Below, piece by piece: positions 25,689-39,836 of a stretch of DNA of 64,000 bases. The number at the start of each line of letters is the position of its first letter. Positions within the stretch are counted from its first letter, which is position 1. The DNA is taken from contig NC_086112.1 of assembly GCF_963921235.1 (NCBI RefSeq), forward strand, positions 64,356,001 to 64,420,000, in the 5' to 3' direction. The position numbers were made by a program, and so were the translations under genes. The stretch comes from Mobula hypostoma (lineage: Eukaryota). The notes beneath the pieces were generated by a model, which worked only from the letters and a program-made list of their open reading frames with translations, was not told where the DNA came from and made no database searches.

Positions 25689-26513
25689 TCAACAAATAAA
25701 CCAAGGACATACTCAATGTTACCTATTAGTAGGAGATGTGCTCTCCAAAGCAGGAGTGTTTGAAGTTTTGTTCTTTGTGGGTTATTTTGGTAAATGCAGT
25801 TAACATATAAGCTGCTTCATCACAAAATAGAGGATATCCCAAGAGAGACTAGGTCAAAGGCCATGAATACAGCAATGTGCTTCTCTGAGTGCAACATTTT
25901 AAGAATTTAAGAATGTTGAATACTGTGTTGAAATCAATGCTTCAAACAATCTGAAAACAGTGTGAGCAGAAGATGTCAAGATATTCTTGAGTACTTAATA
26001 GGATTTGCTCACCAATGAGGCAGCAACATGAAAGATAACTCTTTCTGAATCAACAGGACTATAATAGTCAGAAATGGGATAATTCAAAGGAAAAGTAATC
26101 CAAGTACCAAGAGAATCAAAACTGTTTCAATTTCAGAGGTTGGAACACAGCAGCAGAAAACCTACAGGGCATAATTTAGACAGTGTTTAAAAATTTGTTT
26201 TTGGCTCTGGTTGTTACGTATAAGTTAATAATATTTAAATTGTAACACCATTATCCATGGATGGGCCAACTGGACGAATACACAGAAATTACTTTCACAG
26301 CTTTAGATACTTTTACCAATAAATCACAACTTTGTATGCATTGGATTAACATTTTTAATGAGGCACTTTATATAAAATTATCCATGGGGGAACACAGAAA
26401 ATTTAAAACTCTATAAAAATTGCATGCTCCTGAATGCCAAGGGAGCAACTTTAAATTCTTACAGATTTACACTTACTCTTAATAGATTATTTGTGAAATT
26501 CCCCCATATATCA

Positions 26514-26765
<252 letters not shown>

Positions 26766-26974
26766 CTAAACACAAACTATAATTCAGCAAATGACTTTTA
26801 AAAAGAGTACAAGAATTACAAAGCAGTATATTTAATATTAAAAGGGCTGTATGAAAAGTAGTATTCATAAACTACATTTGGCAAATCAATCAATAAGCTG
26901 AAGGTACTGCATATTCAAAGCACAACGTTTAGATTGATTATTTCTGAATAATCTCTGGACGCACTGCTCTCCGC

Positions 26975-27585
26975 ACCAATTCTAACCTCAGCATCAAAGC
27001 TGCAGACAAGAGGGGTGCTGTTGTAGTTTGGTGGACTCACCCCTATCTTGCTGAGGCCAGATGGCAGCTCTCAAGCACCAACTTTTTCTTATTTTTTGAA
27101 CGGGACCCCTAGGCTATGTCACCAATCTCTTTGACTCTAGAGATCTCACAGCAACTGCCACCAATCTCATAGATCCTGTAACCTGCACTGCTCATTTCTA
27201 CTTTCTACCCAAGATCCACAAACCTAAATGTGCTGGTAGGCCCATTGTTACTGCCTACTCCTGCCCTACTGAACTTGTGTCTGCATACTCAATTCCATTT
27301 TGTCCCCCTTGGTTCAGTACTTTCCCATCTACATCTGTACTCCATCACTTCAATCACTTTCAGTTCCCTGTCACTGATTGACTTACTTCCATTATGAACA
27401 TCCAGTCCCTATACACTTCCATCCAATATCAGGAAGGTCTTAAAGTTCTCCACTTCTTTCTGGACGACAATCTGACCAGCTCCCCTTTACCACCACCATG
27501 CTCTGTCTAGTGGAACTCGTTCTCACTCTCAGCTCCTCCCACTTTCCCCAAAGCAAAGGTGTGGACATGGGCACTGCATGAGCCC
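26975..27585 (+). mobile_element. Penelope-like reverse transcriptase remnant
   Basis: Decayed motifs IK.ADK.GAVVVW, FYFLPKIHKP..GRPIV, QSLYTSI, Q.KGV.MGT. Confidence 0.8.
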
Positions 27586-28110
27586 GTAAGACCAGGAGAC
27601 ACAGGAGCAAATTTACGCCATTCAGTCCGAAGTCTGCTCTGCAATCTGAACATTGCTGATTCATCTTCCCCCTCAACCTTTACTGCCCTTACTAATCAAG
27701 AACCTACCATACTCCACTTTACACCAAATAACTTGGCCTCCACAGCCATCTGTGACAATGAATTCCACATATTCACCACCCTATGGCTCAAGAAATTCCC
27801 CCTCATCTCTGTTCTAAAGAGATTTCCTATTCTGACCATTTTCCACTGCTGGAAACATCTTTTCTTTATTCACTTTATCTAGGCCATTTAATATTCAGTA
27901 GGTTTGAATGAAACCAAGCCCCGCACCCCCCCCCCAACATACTTCTAAACGGCAGTGAGCACAGGGTTAGAACCATCAAATACTCCTATGTTAACCTCTT
28001 CATTTCTGGATTATTCTCACAAACCTCTTCTGGACTCTCTCTTTCTCAAATGCCAGCACTGGTCAAACCACATTTGGAGAATTGAGAGAAGTTTTGGGCC
28101 TCATATCCAA
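27586..28110 (-). mobile_element. Degenerate CR1 LINE 3' end
   Basis: Reverse complement of a CR1 3' UTR (ggagcaaattt..ccattcag; aagaaattccccctcatctctgttcta). Confidence 0.65.
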
Positions 28111-29380
28111 GAAAGATATATTCATATCACGCCAAAAAAAAAAGATTTCTCTAGTTAACATCTTAAGTATCATCCTACTGGTTGGTTTACATACTGGCAA
28201 CCCCTGCATTATGGGGGAAGATGGGTTTGCAATCCAAGAGTTGGCACTGTGGTGTTTCACAACACAAAGACGTGCAATCTGTGCACATGTTAAAAATGCA
28301 AGCACCCAACCCCTCACCCACACGAATTCCATGAGAGGAAATTTTATCCTGTATCTCACATTTTTGAGTAGTGATTTCTGTATGCTCGTGGGCTGCCTCC
28401 AGCACTTCCTTAGGTTGTGTTGGTTGTTAACTCAAACAACCCATTTCACTGTGTCTGGGATAAATAAATGACTCTAAATCTGTAAGGATGAATCCCTGTA
28501 ATCTGAAAGCCCAAAGAGTTTAAAGTTTGCCCATGGTTTTAATGGTTGTGAAACAATGATATCCTCAGAATAGGAAGTTAGTGAAAGTCTCTATGCTACC
28601 TGTGAGAGAAATGTGACAGAAATCTTTTTTTTAAATTTTAGTTGTTTAAGATAGGATGTTCCACCACTTTAATGCAAAATAAATTATCTCCAAATAAAAA
28701 AAACTGGAAATCTTGAGCTAAAAGCAGAAAGTAGTTAAAATGCTGAGGAAATCAGTAGCAACTGCGGAGACAGAAACAAAGTTAACATTTCACATTGATA
28801 ACCTTTCATCAGAAGAGTAAAAGCAAGAAACGCCCAAGTTTTAAGTTGTAGTAAAGGGAATGACTGGGAGAATAAATGGTATGATAGGGTGGACACCAAG
28901 ACTGATGCAAACCTGTAGGTGCCATTCAAGAGGGCCATGACGGTTGTTAGTTATAGCTGATCTTTCTAGATAAAATGTAAAATACAGTTCAGAGAGAAGA
29001 ACAACACTGGACTGTAAATTGCAGAACACATCACCTGGCAGAAAGCTGAAATAAAAGAATGCTGAAAATGATCAGCAGATCAGGTAGCGTTCATGGAGAG
29101 AGGAAAGACTGAGTTAATATTACAGATTAATAACTTTCAATCGGAGGTGAACACAGAGGGAAGGCTGGTATATAAAATTAATCAATTCATTTTTCAATTC
29201 AGCGATTGCAATCTACCTAAATGGAAGACGTTCACAAAATTGCTTTGTATTTTATTGGAACAAAGAGTAGGTACTGTTCTGCAATACAGTTTGCATTTGG
29301 TTTCTTGAATGTAGAGGACACCACATAATGAGCACCAAATGCAATATGCTAAATTGGAGAAAACACCTTATGCTACCCTT

Positions 29381-32115
29381 AGGGCAGGAATGGACTCTCA
29401 ATATTCCTGGATTTCAGAGCTTTGAAAGGGATAGACAGGGCGGAAAAAAGGGAGGAGGGGCGGCATTACTAGTCAGGGATACTATTACAGCTACAGAAAG
29501 GGTGGGTAATGTAGCAGGATCCTCTTTTGAGTCAGTATGGGTGGAAGTCAGGAACAGGAAGGGAGCAGTTACTCTATTGAGGGTATTCTATAGGCCCCCT
29601 GGTAGCAGCAGAGATACAGAGGAGCAGATTGGGAGGCAGATTTTGGAAAGGTGCAAAAATAACAGGGTTGTTATCATGGGTGACCTTAACTTCCCTAATA
29701 TTGATTGGCACCTGATTAGTTCCAAGGGTTTAGATGGGGCAGAGTTTGTTAAGCGTGTCCAGAACGGATTCCTGTCACAGTATGTGGACAGGCCGGCTAG
29801 GGGGAATGCCATACTAGATCTAGTACTAGGTAATGAACCGGGTTAGGTCACAGATCTCTCAGTGGGTGAGCGTCTGGGGGACAGTGACCACCACTCCCTG
29901 GTCTTTAGCATTATCATGGAAAAGGATAGAATCAGAGGACAGGAAAATTTTTAATTGGGGAAGGGCAAATTATGAGGCTATAAGGCTAGAACTTGCGGGT
30001 GTGAATTGGGATGATGTTTCTGCAGGGAAATGTACTATGGACATGTGATCGATGTTTAGAGATCTCTTGCAGGATGTTAGGGATAAATTTGTCCCGGTGA
30101 GGAAGATAAAGAATGGTAGGGTGAAGGAACCATGGGTGACAAGTGAGGTGGAAAATCTAGTCAGGTGAAAGAAGGCAGCATACATGAGGTTTAGGAAGCA
30201 AGGATCAGATGGATCTATTGAGGAATATAGGGAAGCAAGAAAGGAGCTTAAGAAGGGTCTGAGAAGAGCAAGAAGGGGGCATGAGAAGGCCTTGGCAAGT
30301 AGGGTAAAGGAAAACCCCAAGGCATTCCTCAATTATGTGAGGAAAAAAAGGATGACAGGAGTGAAGGTAGGACCGATTAGAGATAAAGGTGGGAAGATGT
30401 GCCTGGAAGCTGTGGAAGTCAGCGAGGTCCTTAATGAATACTTCTCTTTGGTACTCACCAATGCGAGGGAACTTGATGAAGGTGAGGACAATATGAGTGA
30501 GGTTGATGTTCTGGAGCATGTCGACATTAAGGGAAAGGAGGTGTTGGAGTTGTTAAAATACATTAGGACGGATAAGTCCCCGGGGCCCAATGGAATATTC
30601 CCCAGGCTGCTCCATGAGGCGAGGGAAGAGATTGCCGAGCCTCTGGCTAGGATCTTTATATCCTCGTTGTCCACAGGAATAGTACCGGAGGATTGGAGGG
30701 AGGCGAATGTTGTCCCCTTGTTCAATAAAGGTAGTAGGGATAGTCTGGGTAATTATAGACCAGGGAGCCTTACATCTGTGGTGGGAAAGCTGTTGGAAAA
30801 GATTCTTAGAGATAGGATCTCTGGGCATTTAGAGAATTCATGGTCTGATCAGGGACAGTCAGCATGGCTTTGTGAAGGGCAGATCGTGTCTAACAAGCCT
30901 GATAAGAGTTCTTTGAGGAGGTGACCAAGCATATAGATGAGGGTAGTGCAGTGGATGTGATCTATATGGATTTTAGTAAGGCATTTGACAAGGTTCAACA
31001 TGGTAGGCTTATTCAGAAAGTCAGAAGGCATGGGATCCAGGGAAATTTGGCCAAGTGGATTCAGAATTGGCTTGACTGCAGAAGGCAGAGGGTCATGGTG
31101 GAGGGAGTACATTCAGATTGGAGGATTGTGACTAGTGGTGTCCCATAAGAATCTGTTTTGGGACCTCTACTTTTCATGATTTTTATTAATGACCTGGATG
31201 TGGGGGTAGAAGGGTGGGTTGGCAAGTTTGCAGACGACACAAAGGTTGGTGGTGTTGTAGGTAGTGTAGGGGGTTGTCAAAGATTGCAGAGAGACATTGA
31301 TAGGATGCAGAAGTGGGCTGAAAAGTGGCAGATGGAGTTCAACCTGGAGAAGTGTGAGGTGGTACACTTTGGAAGGACAAACTCCAAGGCAGAGTACAAA
31401 GTAAATGGCAGGGTACTTGGTAGTGTGGAGGAGCAGAGGGATCTGGGGGTACACGTCCACAGATCCCTGAAAGTTGCCTCACAGGTGGATAGGGTAGTTA
31501 AGAAAGCTTATGGGGTGTTAGCTTTCATAAGTTGAGGGATAGAGTTTAAGAGTCGCGATGTAATGATGCAGCTCTATAAAACTCTGGTTAGGCCACACTT
31601 GGAGTATTGTGTCCAGTTCTGGTCGCCTCACTATAGGAAGGATGTGGAAGCATTGGAAAGGGTACAGAGGAGATTTACCAGGATGCTGCCTGGTTTAGAG
31701 AGTATGCATTATGATCAGAGATTAAGGGAGCTAGGGCTTTACTCTTTGGAGAGAAGGAGGATGACAGGAGACGTGATAGAGGTGTACAAGATAATAAGAG
31801 GAATAGATAGAGTGGATAGCCAGCGCCTCTTCCCCAGGGCACCACTGCTCAATACAAGAGGACATGGCTTTAAGGTAAGGGGTGGGAAGTTCAAGGGGGA
31901 TATTAGAGGAAGGTTTTTTTTACTCAGAGAGTGGTTGGTGCGTGGAATGCACTGCCTGAGTCAGTGGTGGAGGCAGATACACTAGTGAAGTTTAAGAGAC
32001 TACTAGACAGGTATATGGAGGAATTTAAGGTGGGAGCTTATATGGGTGGCAGGGTTTGAAAGTTGGCACAACATTGTGGGCCGAAGGGCCTGTACTGTGC
32101 TGTACTATTCTATGT
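29381..32115 (+). mobile_element. Near-complete CR1 LINE ORF2 (AP endonuclease plus RT), inactivated
   Basis: GGGAALLVR, FYRPP, MGDLNFPNIDW, ILDLVL, DKSPGP, WREANVVPLF, YMDFSKAFDKV, KFADDTK, RPHLEYCVQFWSP; several stops and frameshifts; tail ctgtactattctatgt. Confidence 0.95.
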
Positions 32116-32889
32116 ACCTTATCACTTTAATTTTTCGTCCTCGTCCCACTTTGTTGTCCTTTATTATTGGGCTTTCTGAACAGACTTTTATTTCAGATTT
32201 CCAGCAACTACAGTATTCTGTATCTCACAGTGCCACGAAATAGCACCAACACCTTTAACGTCACCCACAGAATCTTGGTTTCCATCCTACCATACATGTT
32301 ACTTTTGTTCCCAAGATCTTTTCTGACTCAGGCAACAACTTAAAGATGCTCATTTTCTCACAGTTCCAATTTTGATGAAGGATCATTAATCTGACATATA
32401 CCCTCTGACAGAACTGATTTCCCACCACTGCAACTGGATCCCATCAAAGAACTTGCGGCAATACCATCTCCACGAGATGTTGCATTTCTCACTTGAAAAG
32501 TGACAGAACATTAATGTTGTTAATATGCAAATTTACTAGCATAACATAGAACAATGAAAAATATCCAATGAGCTTTAAATCTCCTGTCTGTGGAAATTTG
32601 TGTATGTGATTGGTCATTTGAGACAGGATAAGTTACAGGGGGGGAAAAAGGTTGGGAAATAGGATGCTCTCAAAGTCAGCAAAGACTTGATAAGCCAAAT
32701 AGCCTGTTAGTAACTAAATTTGAAATAATATAAATACAAACTTGTTGAATGATTTATCCTGTTCTGTTACATATTTTCCACAAGCTACATCTCACTAATT
32801 TTCTGCCTAATATTTCTATGACTTAAGATTTTCTCCTTAATTATTTAAATATGTCACAGTAGGGGTAGGTTTGTAATGTGAAAGCATAT

Positions 32890-33232
32890 ACTGTATATCT
32901 GGGTGGCGGGATACAGCTCTACCAAAGGGGTAAGGCCCCCTTTCCCTCTACTAGCCCGCAGGACACACTTGGGCAAGATGTAGCACCTGCTTCCATGCTT
33001 AGCATCCACCGCGCCACCCAGTCAGGGTCACATGAAGCCATGGAAGCTGGTGGTGGATGGTTGTGGTGCATATCACATGATATGGTTATGCAACCACTGA
33101 TACCAGGCAGACAATCGCTGAAGAGCATTGATCACGGTCTAGACGAAGGCAAAAACAAATCACTTCTTAAGAAAATTTGCTAAGAACAGTCACAGTCATG
33201 GATGGACCATAATCACATAATGATGATGATAC
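32890..33232 (+). mobile_element. Short non-autonomous retroposon with RTE-like 3' end
   Basis: gaaggcaaaaacaaatcactt..aaaatttgc motif and (ATG)n tail. Confidence 0.5.
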
Positions 33233-33653
33233 AGTAGATCTTTGTTATGATTTGATAATTATTTATGCAATGGCCAATTGCTTGCAATAAACTCCACATT
33301 TCAAAGGTTCTAAATTTGTTGCTACTTTTCCTTTCAAATCCAAACTTTCTCTCTGTTCTTGTACCTGATTTGACTTTTTAATTCACCCTCTTTTCCTAGT
33401 CATTCTTATTTTAGTCTCAATCCCCAAATCTCAGTGGCTGATACACTTCAGATCCTTGTTGCTTTTGTAATGACATTACAAGCCTTACTTGGCATGTTAG
33501 ATTGCAAAATATTATCCAGGTGAAGAGTGCAGGAGAAAGCTATTATGTTATTGCTCCAGCAAGTTCTGGTTCCAAACTTCAAACACAACTGCTAATCAAT
33601 TTATTCCTCTTGCTTAAGGTGAAAATGGTATTCTAACACTAACTTCATAGTGG

Positions 33654-33699
33654 CACAGTTAGTACAGTTGCTGCCACAGTTAGTACAGTTGCTGCCACA
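33654..33699. repeat. Perfect 21-bp tandem duplication CACAGTTAGTACAGTTGCTGC, in a SINE-head remnant
   Basis: Two exact copies at 33654-33674 and 33675-33695, plus a partial third. Confidence 0.9.
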
Positions 33700-34313
33700 C
33701 AACAGCAAAGACCTGACCTTGGGTGCTGATTTTGTGAAGTTTGCATGTGCAGCTCCGGAGACCAATTGATTGTTGGCTATTCATTGTGGTACCATTACAG
33801 ACAATATAGGTTTTCATTTTCTTCTCTCTATATGTGCAGGTAGGGGATCACATTATATATTTCAGACAAACCACCTTCATTAAATCCAACTACAATATTC
33901 ACAACATCTTGGTTGCAATCAACAAAATTAAGAATAGAACATGAACTTAGGCCCTTTAGTTAAGTTTAGCACAGTTGCATAATAATTGCACAAAGTAACT
34001 AACATTAAAGTTTAATAAACATTTCCTTTTTCAGTTCACTAAAATTTTCCAAATGGGGTTCAAAACAATTGTTGCCACTTATCGATCATTTTTAAGTCAC
34101 GTAAAAAAATGCAGAGTACACATGTACAAGCCTTCCACAAGATCTTGCCATGCTGAGAACAAAACAACTGCTCCTCAGTTATTTATTAGTACAAGAGTTT
34201 ATACAAAATATCAGCATCAAAATTTTATAGAAATTTTTCACCATTTGTGGCATCATGATTTATCAATTATTAAATATTTAAAAGCATCTGTTCATATAGT
34301 TTCTAATTTATTA

Positions 34314-34529
<216 letters not shown>

Positions 34530-34747
34530 TTATGTTGCCACAACATCATTCAAGCAAATGTGCTTTCAATTATATAGCGTTGGTAAAAATGCCAAGAAAG
34601 TCTAATCCTCTGCTAAATTAAACCTATGTTTATTCAGGATCCTGTTGAACACAAAAAACGTAATCCAAGTTATCCTTCTAAATTATTGATATTAATTAGC
34701 TCACAACTTGTAAATAAACAGTCAGGCCATTTATGAATAGACTTTTA

Positions 34748-34915
<168 letters not shown>

Positions 34916-35289
34916 TTATCATAAGAATTGTTTTGTAGTTCACAAAGGTGTGAATAGTTTTATATACCGATATGCTGCATGCACATAGCACTTTAAATTG
35001 ACTAGAATTAAAGTACCACAGAACAAAATGGAAATATGAAGAACATTTCAAAAAAGTTATCTAAATCATGTACTGTAATATAAATGATATTAAGTATACT
35101 GTATATGTCAGGAAAACTAAAAATCATATAACTAAAGGGGCAGTAGCTTTTAGGTGCAGTGGTCCCAATTCATGTCAGGGTAAGTTCAATACTGATGAGA
35201 AAGTAAATTCAACAATACTTTCAAAACAGCATTCAGTAAATATAAGGAAAAATAACTTTTCCTATAAGGAAAATAATGATTTGAAGATT

Positions 35290-36710
35290 AGCCGACTGGC
35301 AGAAGGCAAAGAGTGGGAATAAAGGGGGCCTTTTCTGATTGGCTACTGGAGACTAGTGGTGTTCTGAAAAGGTCTGTGTTGGGTCCCCTACTTTTCCTGA
35401 CATATATGTTAATGACCTGGATGATGGAATAGATGGCTTTGTGGCAAAGTTTGCAGAAGATAAGTGAAAGGACAGGTAGTGTTGAGGAAGCAGAAGCATT
35501 TGGACAGATAAGGAGAATGGCAAAGAAGCTGCAGATGGAAAACAGTGTAGGAAAGTGTATGGCCATGTACTTAGGAAGAAGGAATAAAGGTGTACACTAT
35601 TTTCTAAATGGGGAGCGAATTCAGAGATCAGTGAAAAGGACTTGGGAGTCCAACAACAGAATTCCCTATATGTTAAGTTGGTATCAAGGAATGCAAATGT
35701 AATGGTGGCATTCATTTCGAGGACCAGAGTATAAAAACAAGAATGTAATGTTGCAGCTTTAAGGCATTGGTTAGACCATATTTGGAGTACTGTGAGCAGT
35801 TTTGGGTCCCACGTCCAAGGAAGAATACGCTGGCATCAGAGAGGGTCCAGAGGTTTACAATTATCCCAGGAATGAAAGGGTTAACATACGAGGAACATTT
35901 GATGGCTTTGGGCCTGTATTCACTGGAGTTCAGAAGAATGAGGGAAAATATCGAATATTGAAAGGCATAAATAGAGTGGATGTGGAGAGGGCCTAGGACC
36001 AGAGGGCACAGCATCAGAATACAAGGATGTCCTTCAGAACAGAGATGAGGACGAATTTCTTTAGCCAGACGTTGGTGATTCTGTGGAATTATTTGTTACA
36101 GATGGATGTGGAGGCCAAGTCATTGGGTATTTTTAAAGCAGAGATTGATATGTTTTTGATTAGTAAGGGCATAGAAGGTTATGGGGAGAAGCAGGAGAAT
36201 GTGCTTGAGACCAAAAATAAATCAGCAATGATCAAACGGTAGAGCAGACTTGATGGGCCAAATGTCGATTTCTGCTCCTATGGATCAGCGTTAGAGCTAT
36301 GGCTTATCTGATCTAATAACTTTGATTTGGGTGCAAGACCATTTCTAACTTTGAAGATGACACAAAACTTAGCAGTACTGTGAACAATGAAGAGAATAGG
36401 GATAAATTGCAGTGAGATAAAAAGTGAGGAACAGGCAACTATGCTGCAAATGAAGTTCAATGTGGAGAAATGCATGCCAATGTATTCTGGCAGAAAAGAT
36501 GCTGTTCTGATAATGATGCAGAAGTTGAGGGATGACGTATGTGTGCAGAAGTGACTGCAAGTGACAAGGCAGCTGAGAAAGTGCTTAATAAGGCATACAC
36601 AATTGTGAACTTCAATAAAGGTAGAGAGCATTAAAGCAGGGAAGTTGTGTTGAATCTTTATAAAACAATGCTTCGGACTCAGCTGATGTTTTCTGAGTTC
36701 AATGAAGTAC
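35290..36710 (+). mobile_element. Degenerate CR1 LINE pieces (RT C-terminus and 3' end)
   Basis: AKFAED, VRPYLEYCEQFW, GMKGLTYEEHLMALGLYSLEFRRMR, FRTEMRTNFFSQ. Confidence 0.8.
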
Positions 36711-36811
36711 ATGAGTAGATTTCTTACAAATATAATTTTAACCACAGTAACAGAACTTTGTTATATTTACACTTATTATTTAATATGGCAGAAAACCAGT
36801 TTTTCCTTTAC

Positions 36812-36934
36812 CTTAAAGTCCTCAATGGACATACTTTGAAAGAGTGGATGGGAAAGCATAGTCTGAATATACAGCTCAGTTGCCATTTTGCATCCACCGA
36901 CTGTTCCATTAATTCCTTCTTTAGAGACGCGCAC
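36812..36934 (-). CDS. TSTD2: TSTD2 coding exon 4
   Basis: VRVSKEGINGTVGGCKMATELYIQTMLSHPLFQSMSIEDFK with the EGINGT motif of the YceA/TrhO-like N-terminal domain; 123 nt. Confidence 0.95.
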
Positions 36935-37375
36935 CTGAAAGAAAAGTTGCTAGTTGAAAAACTCATTTGATACTCAGTGTAAACTATCAATCAACCATGT
37001 CCTAATTTGCCCAAATTTATAGTGAAACTACTGATGCACTTCCACTACCAGAAATCTGCTAACAAAGTGTGTTTCTGTACCATTTTGTTTTTATGTATCA
37101 GTTAATAAGATAACATCTGTGGAGAGAAGAATTAATCCTTTGATTGTCAGTGCCAGTCTTAACAATGTCTCATTTTCCGAGATTTTAGGCTGACATTTTA
37201 GTATTGTCAGAATTACCACCTTTCAGGATCACCTGTTCAAATAGACACCACTCTTAATTCATGCTCCTCCTGAGACATAAACACAAGGAATTCTGCAGAG
37301 CTGGAAATTCAAGCAACACACATCAAAGTTGCTGGTGAACACAGCAGGCCAGGCAGCATCTCTAGGAAGAGGTAC

Positions 37376-37411
37376 AGTCGACGTTTCGGGCCGAGACCCT
37401 TCGTCAGGACT
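37376..37411 (-). ncRNA. Minimal type I hammerhead ribozyme motif (intact core, sense to TSTD2)
   Basis: Minus strand AGTC-CTGACGA-AGGGTCTCGGCCC-GAAA-C-GTC-GACT. Confidence 0.75.
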
Positions 37412-37610
37412 AACTGAAAGAAGAGCTAGTAAGAGATTTGAAAGTGGGAGGGGGAGGGGGAGATCCAAAATGATAGGAGAAGACAGGAGGGGGAGGGATG
37501 GAGCCAAGAGCTGGACAGGTGATTGGCAAAAGGGATATGAGAGGATCATGGGACAGGAGGTCCAGGGAGAAGGAAAAGGGGGAGGGCAGAAAAAACCCAG
37601 AGGATGGGCA

Positions 37611-37940
37611 NNNNNNNNNNNNNNNNNNNNNNNNNNNNNNNNNNNNNNNNNNNNNNNNNNNNNNNNNNNNNNNNNNNNNNNNNNNNNNNNNNNNNNNNNN
37701 NNNNNNNNNNNNNNNNNNNNNNNNNNNNNNNNNNNNNNNNNNNNNNNNNNNNNNNNNNNNNNNNNNNNNNNNNNNNNNNNNNNNNNNNNNNNNNNNNNNN
37801 NNNNNNNNNNNNNNNNNNNNNNNNNNNNNNNNNNNNNNNNNNNNNNNNNNNNNNNNNNNNNNNNNNNNNNNNNNNNNNNNNNNNNNNNNNNNNNNNNNNN
37901 NNNNNNNNNNNNNNNNNNNNNNNNNNNNNNNNNNNNNNNN
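37611..37940. other. Assembly gap (330 N)
   Basis: Run of N inside the Penelope 3' repeat. Confidence 1.
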
Positions 37941-39836
37941 TAAATAAATAACAGATGGGGTACGAGGGGGAGGTGGAGCATTAGCGGAAGTTTGAGAAGT
38001 CAATGTTCATGCCATCAGGTTGGAGGCTACCCAGACGGAATATAAGGTGTTGTTCCTCCAACCTGAGTGTGGCTTCATCTTTACAGTAGAGGAGGCCGTG
38101 GATAGACATGTCAGAATGGGAATGGGATGTGGAATTAAAATATGTGGCCACTGGGAGATCCTGCTTTCTCTGGCGGACAGAGCGTAGATGTTCAGCAAAG
38201 TGGCCTCCCAGTCTGCGTCGGGTCTCGCCAATATATAAAAGGCCACATCGGGAGCGCCGGACGCAGTATATCACCCCAGTCGACTCACAGGTGAAGTGTT
38301 GCCTCACCTGGAAGGACTGTTTGGGGCCCTGAATGGTGGTAAGGGAGGAAGTGTAAGGCCATGTGTAGCACTTGTTCCGCTTACAAGGATAAGTGCCAGG
38401 AGGGAGATCAGTGGGGAGGGATGGGGAAGACGAATGGACAAGGGAGTCGCGTAGGGAGCGATTCCTGCGGAAAGCGGGATGGGGGGGGAGGGAAAGATGT
38501 ACTTAGTGGTGGGATCCCATTGGAGGTAGTGGAAGTTACGGAGGTTAATATGTTGGACCCAGAGGCTGGTGGGGTGGTAGGTGAGGACAAGAGGAACCCT
38601 ATTCCTAGTGGGATGGCAGGAGGATGGAGTGAGAGCAGATGTGCGTGAAATGGGGGAGATACGTTTGAGAGCAGAGTTGATGGTGGAGGAAGGGAAGCCC
38701 CTTTCTTTAATATGTCTATCCATGGCTTCCTCTACTGTAAAGATGAAGCCACACTCAGGTTGGAGGAACAACACCTTATATTCTGTCTGGGTAGCCTCCA
38801 ACCTGATGGCATGAACATTGACTTCTCAAACTTCCGCTAATGCCCCACCACCCCCTCGTACTCCATCCATTATTTATTTATATACACACATTCTTTCTCC
38901 TTCTCTCTTTTTTCTCCCTCTGTCCCTCTGACTATACCCCTTGCCCATCCTCTGGGTTTTTTCTGCCCTCCCCCTTTTCCTTCTCCCTGGACCTCCTGTC
39001 CCATGATCCTCTCATATCCCTTTTGCCAATCAACTGTCCAGCTCTTGGCTCCATCCCTCCCCCTCCTGTCTTCTCCTATCATTTTGGATCTCTCCCCCCA
39101 CCCCACTTTCAAATCTCTTACTAGCTCTTCCTTCAGTTAGTCCCGATGAAGGGTCTTGGTCCGAAACGTCGACTGTACCTCTTCCTAGAGATGCTGCCTG
39201 GCCTGCTGCGTTCACCAGCAACTTTAATGTGTGTTGCTCCTCCTGAGACACGCATGTTACATAAATTATTTATAACCAACTAATTTAGAATACCTTTAAA
39301 GGCTTTTCCTGGTTTACAACATTTACAAAATTGAAAATAAACTCAATTACAATTTTTTTGTTACTAAATGTTGCAATTAGGGAACGTTTTTCAATTCACT
39401 TTCTGTAACACAACATAACAAGAAGAGTTATAAAAGAAAATACCTTTATCACACTTAAGACAGAAACACGAAGCATAAATAGTTAATCAGAATTATCTTC
39501 CATTGAGTTGCTTAACTGCATTGGCAGGAGACAGCATCACAATGTTGTTAACACTGCTATAAAGCATATAATCAAACAATGAAGTGCTGTTATTTTAACT
39601 GTCTGTTGAATCTTACTAAGACTAGGCAGCAAGAGGATGAGATTTGCCTCTTAAATTATTAGCAAGATCCTGGTTGATTTTTTTACCACAGCATCACTAT
39701 CAGAACTTTTCTATATATTACGTTCAAATATTTTAGCTTTCTCAAAAGAAAATTAAAGGACAGCATCTCATCATTTGATTGGACATAGAACAAATGTTAT
39801 GGCAGTCCTTATAATCCGGTTAGAAACAGAAACATA

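Larger units (their letters stand above)
37278..39234 (-). mobile_element. Penelope-like element with an inverted terminal repeat and a 16-bp TSD
   Basis: Minus-strand body 38710-37278 (KERGFPSSTI..RVPLVLTYHP; GIY-YIG GVIYCVR..LYIGETRRRL); inverted copy of the 3' part at 38711-39234; TGCTCCTCCTGAGACA at 37262-37277 and 39235-39250. Confidence 0.9.

Noticed and set aside
29328-31985. Series of + strand ORFs as an operon-like or novel gene cluster
   Set aside because: They are consecutive pieces of one broken CR1 ORF2
37259-38003. Long ORFs containing X runs
   Set aside because: Artefacts of translating through the N gap
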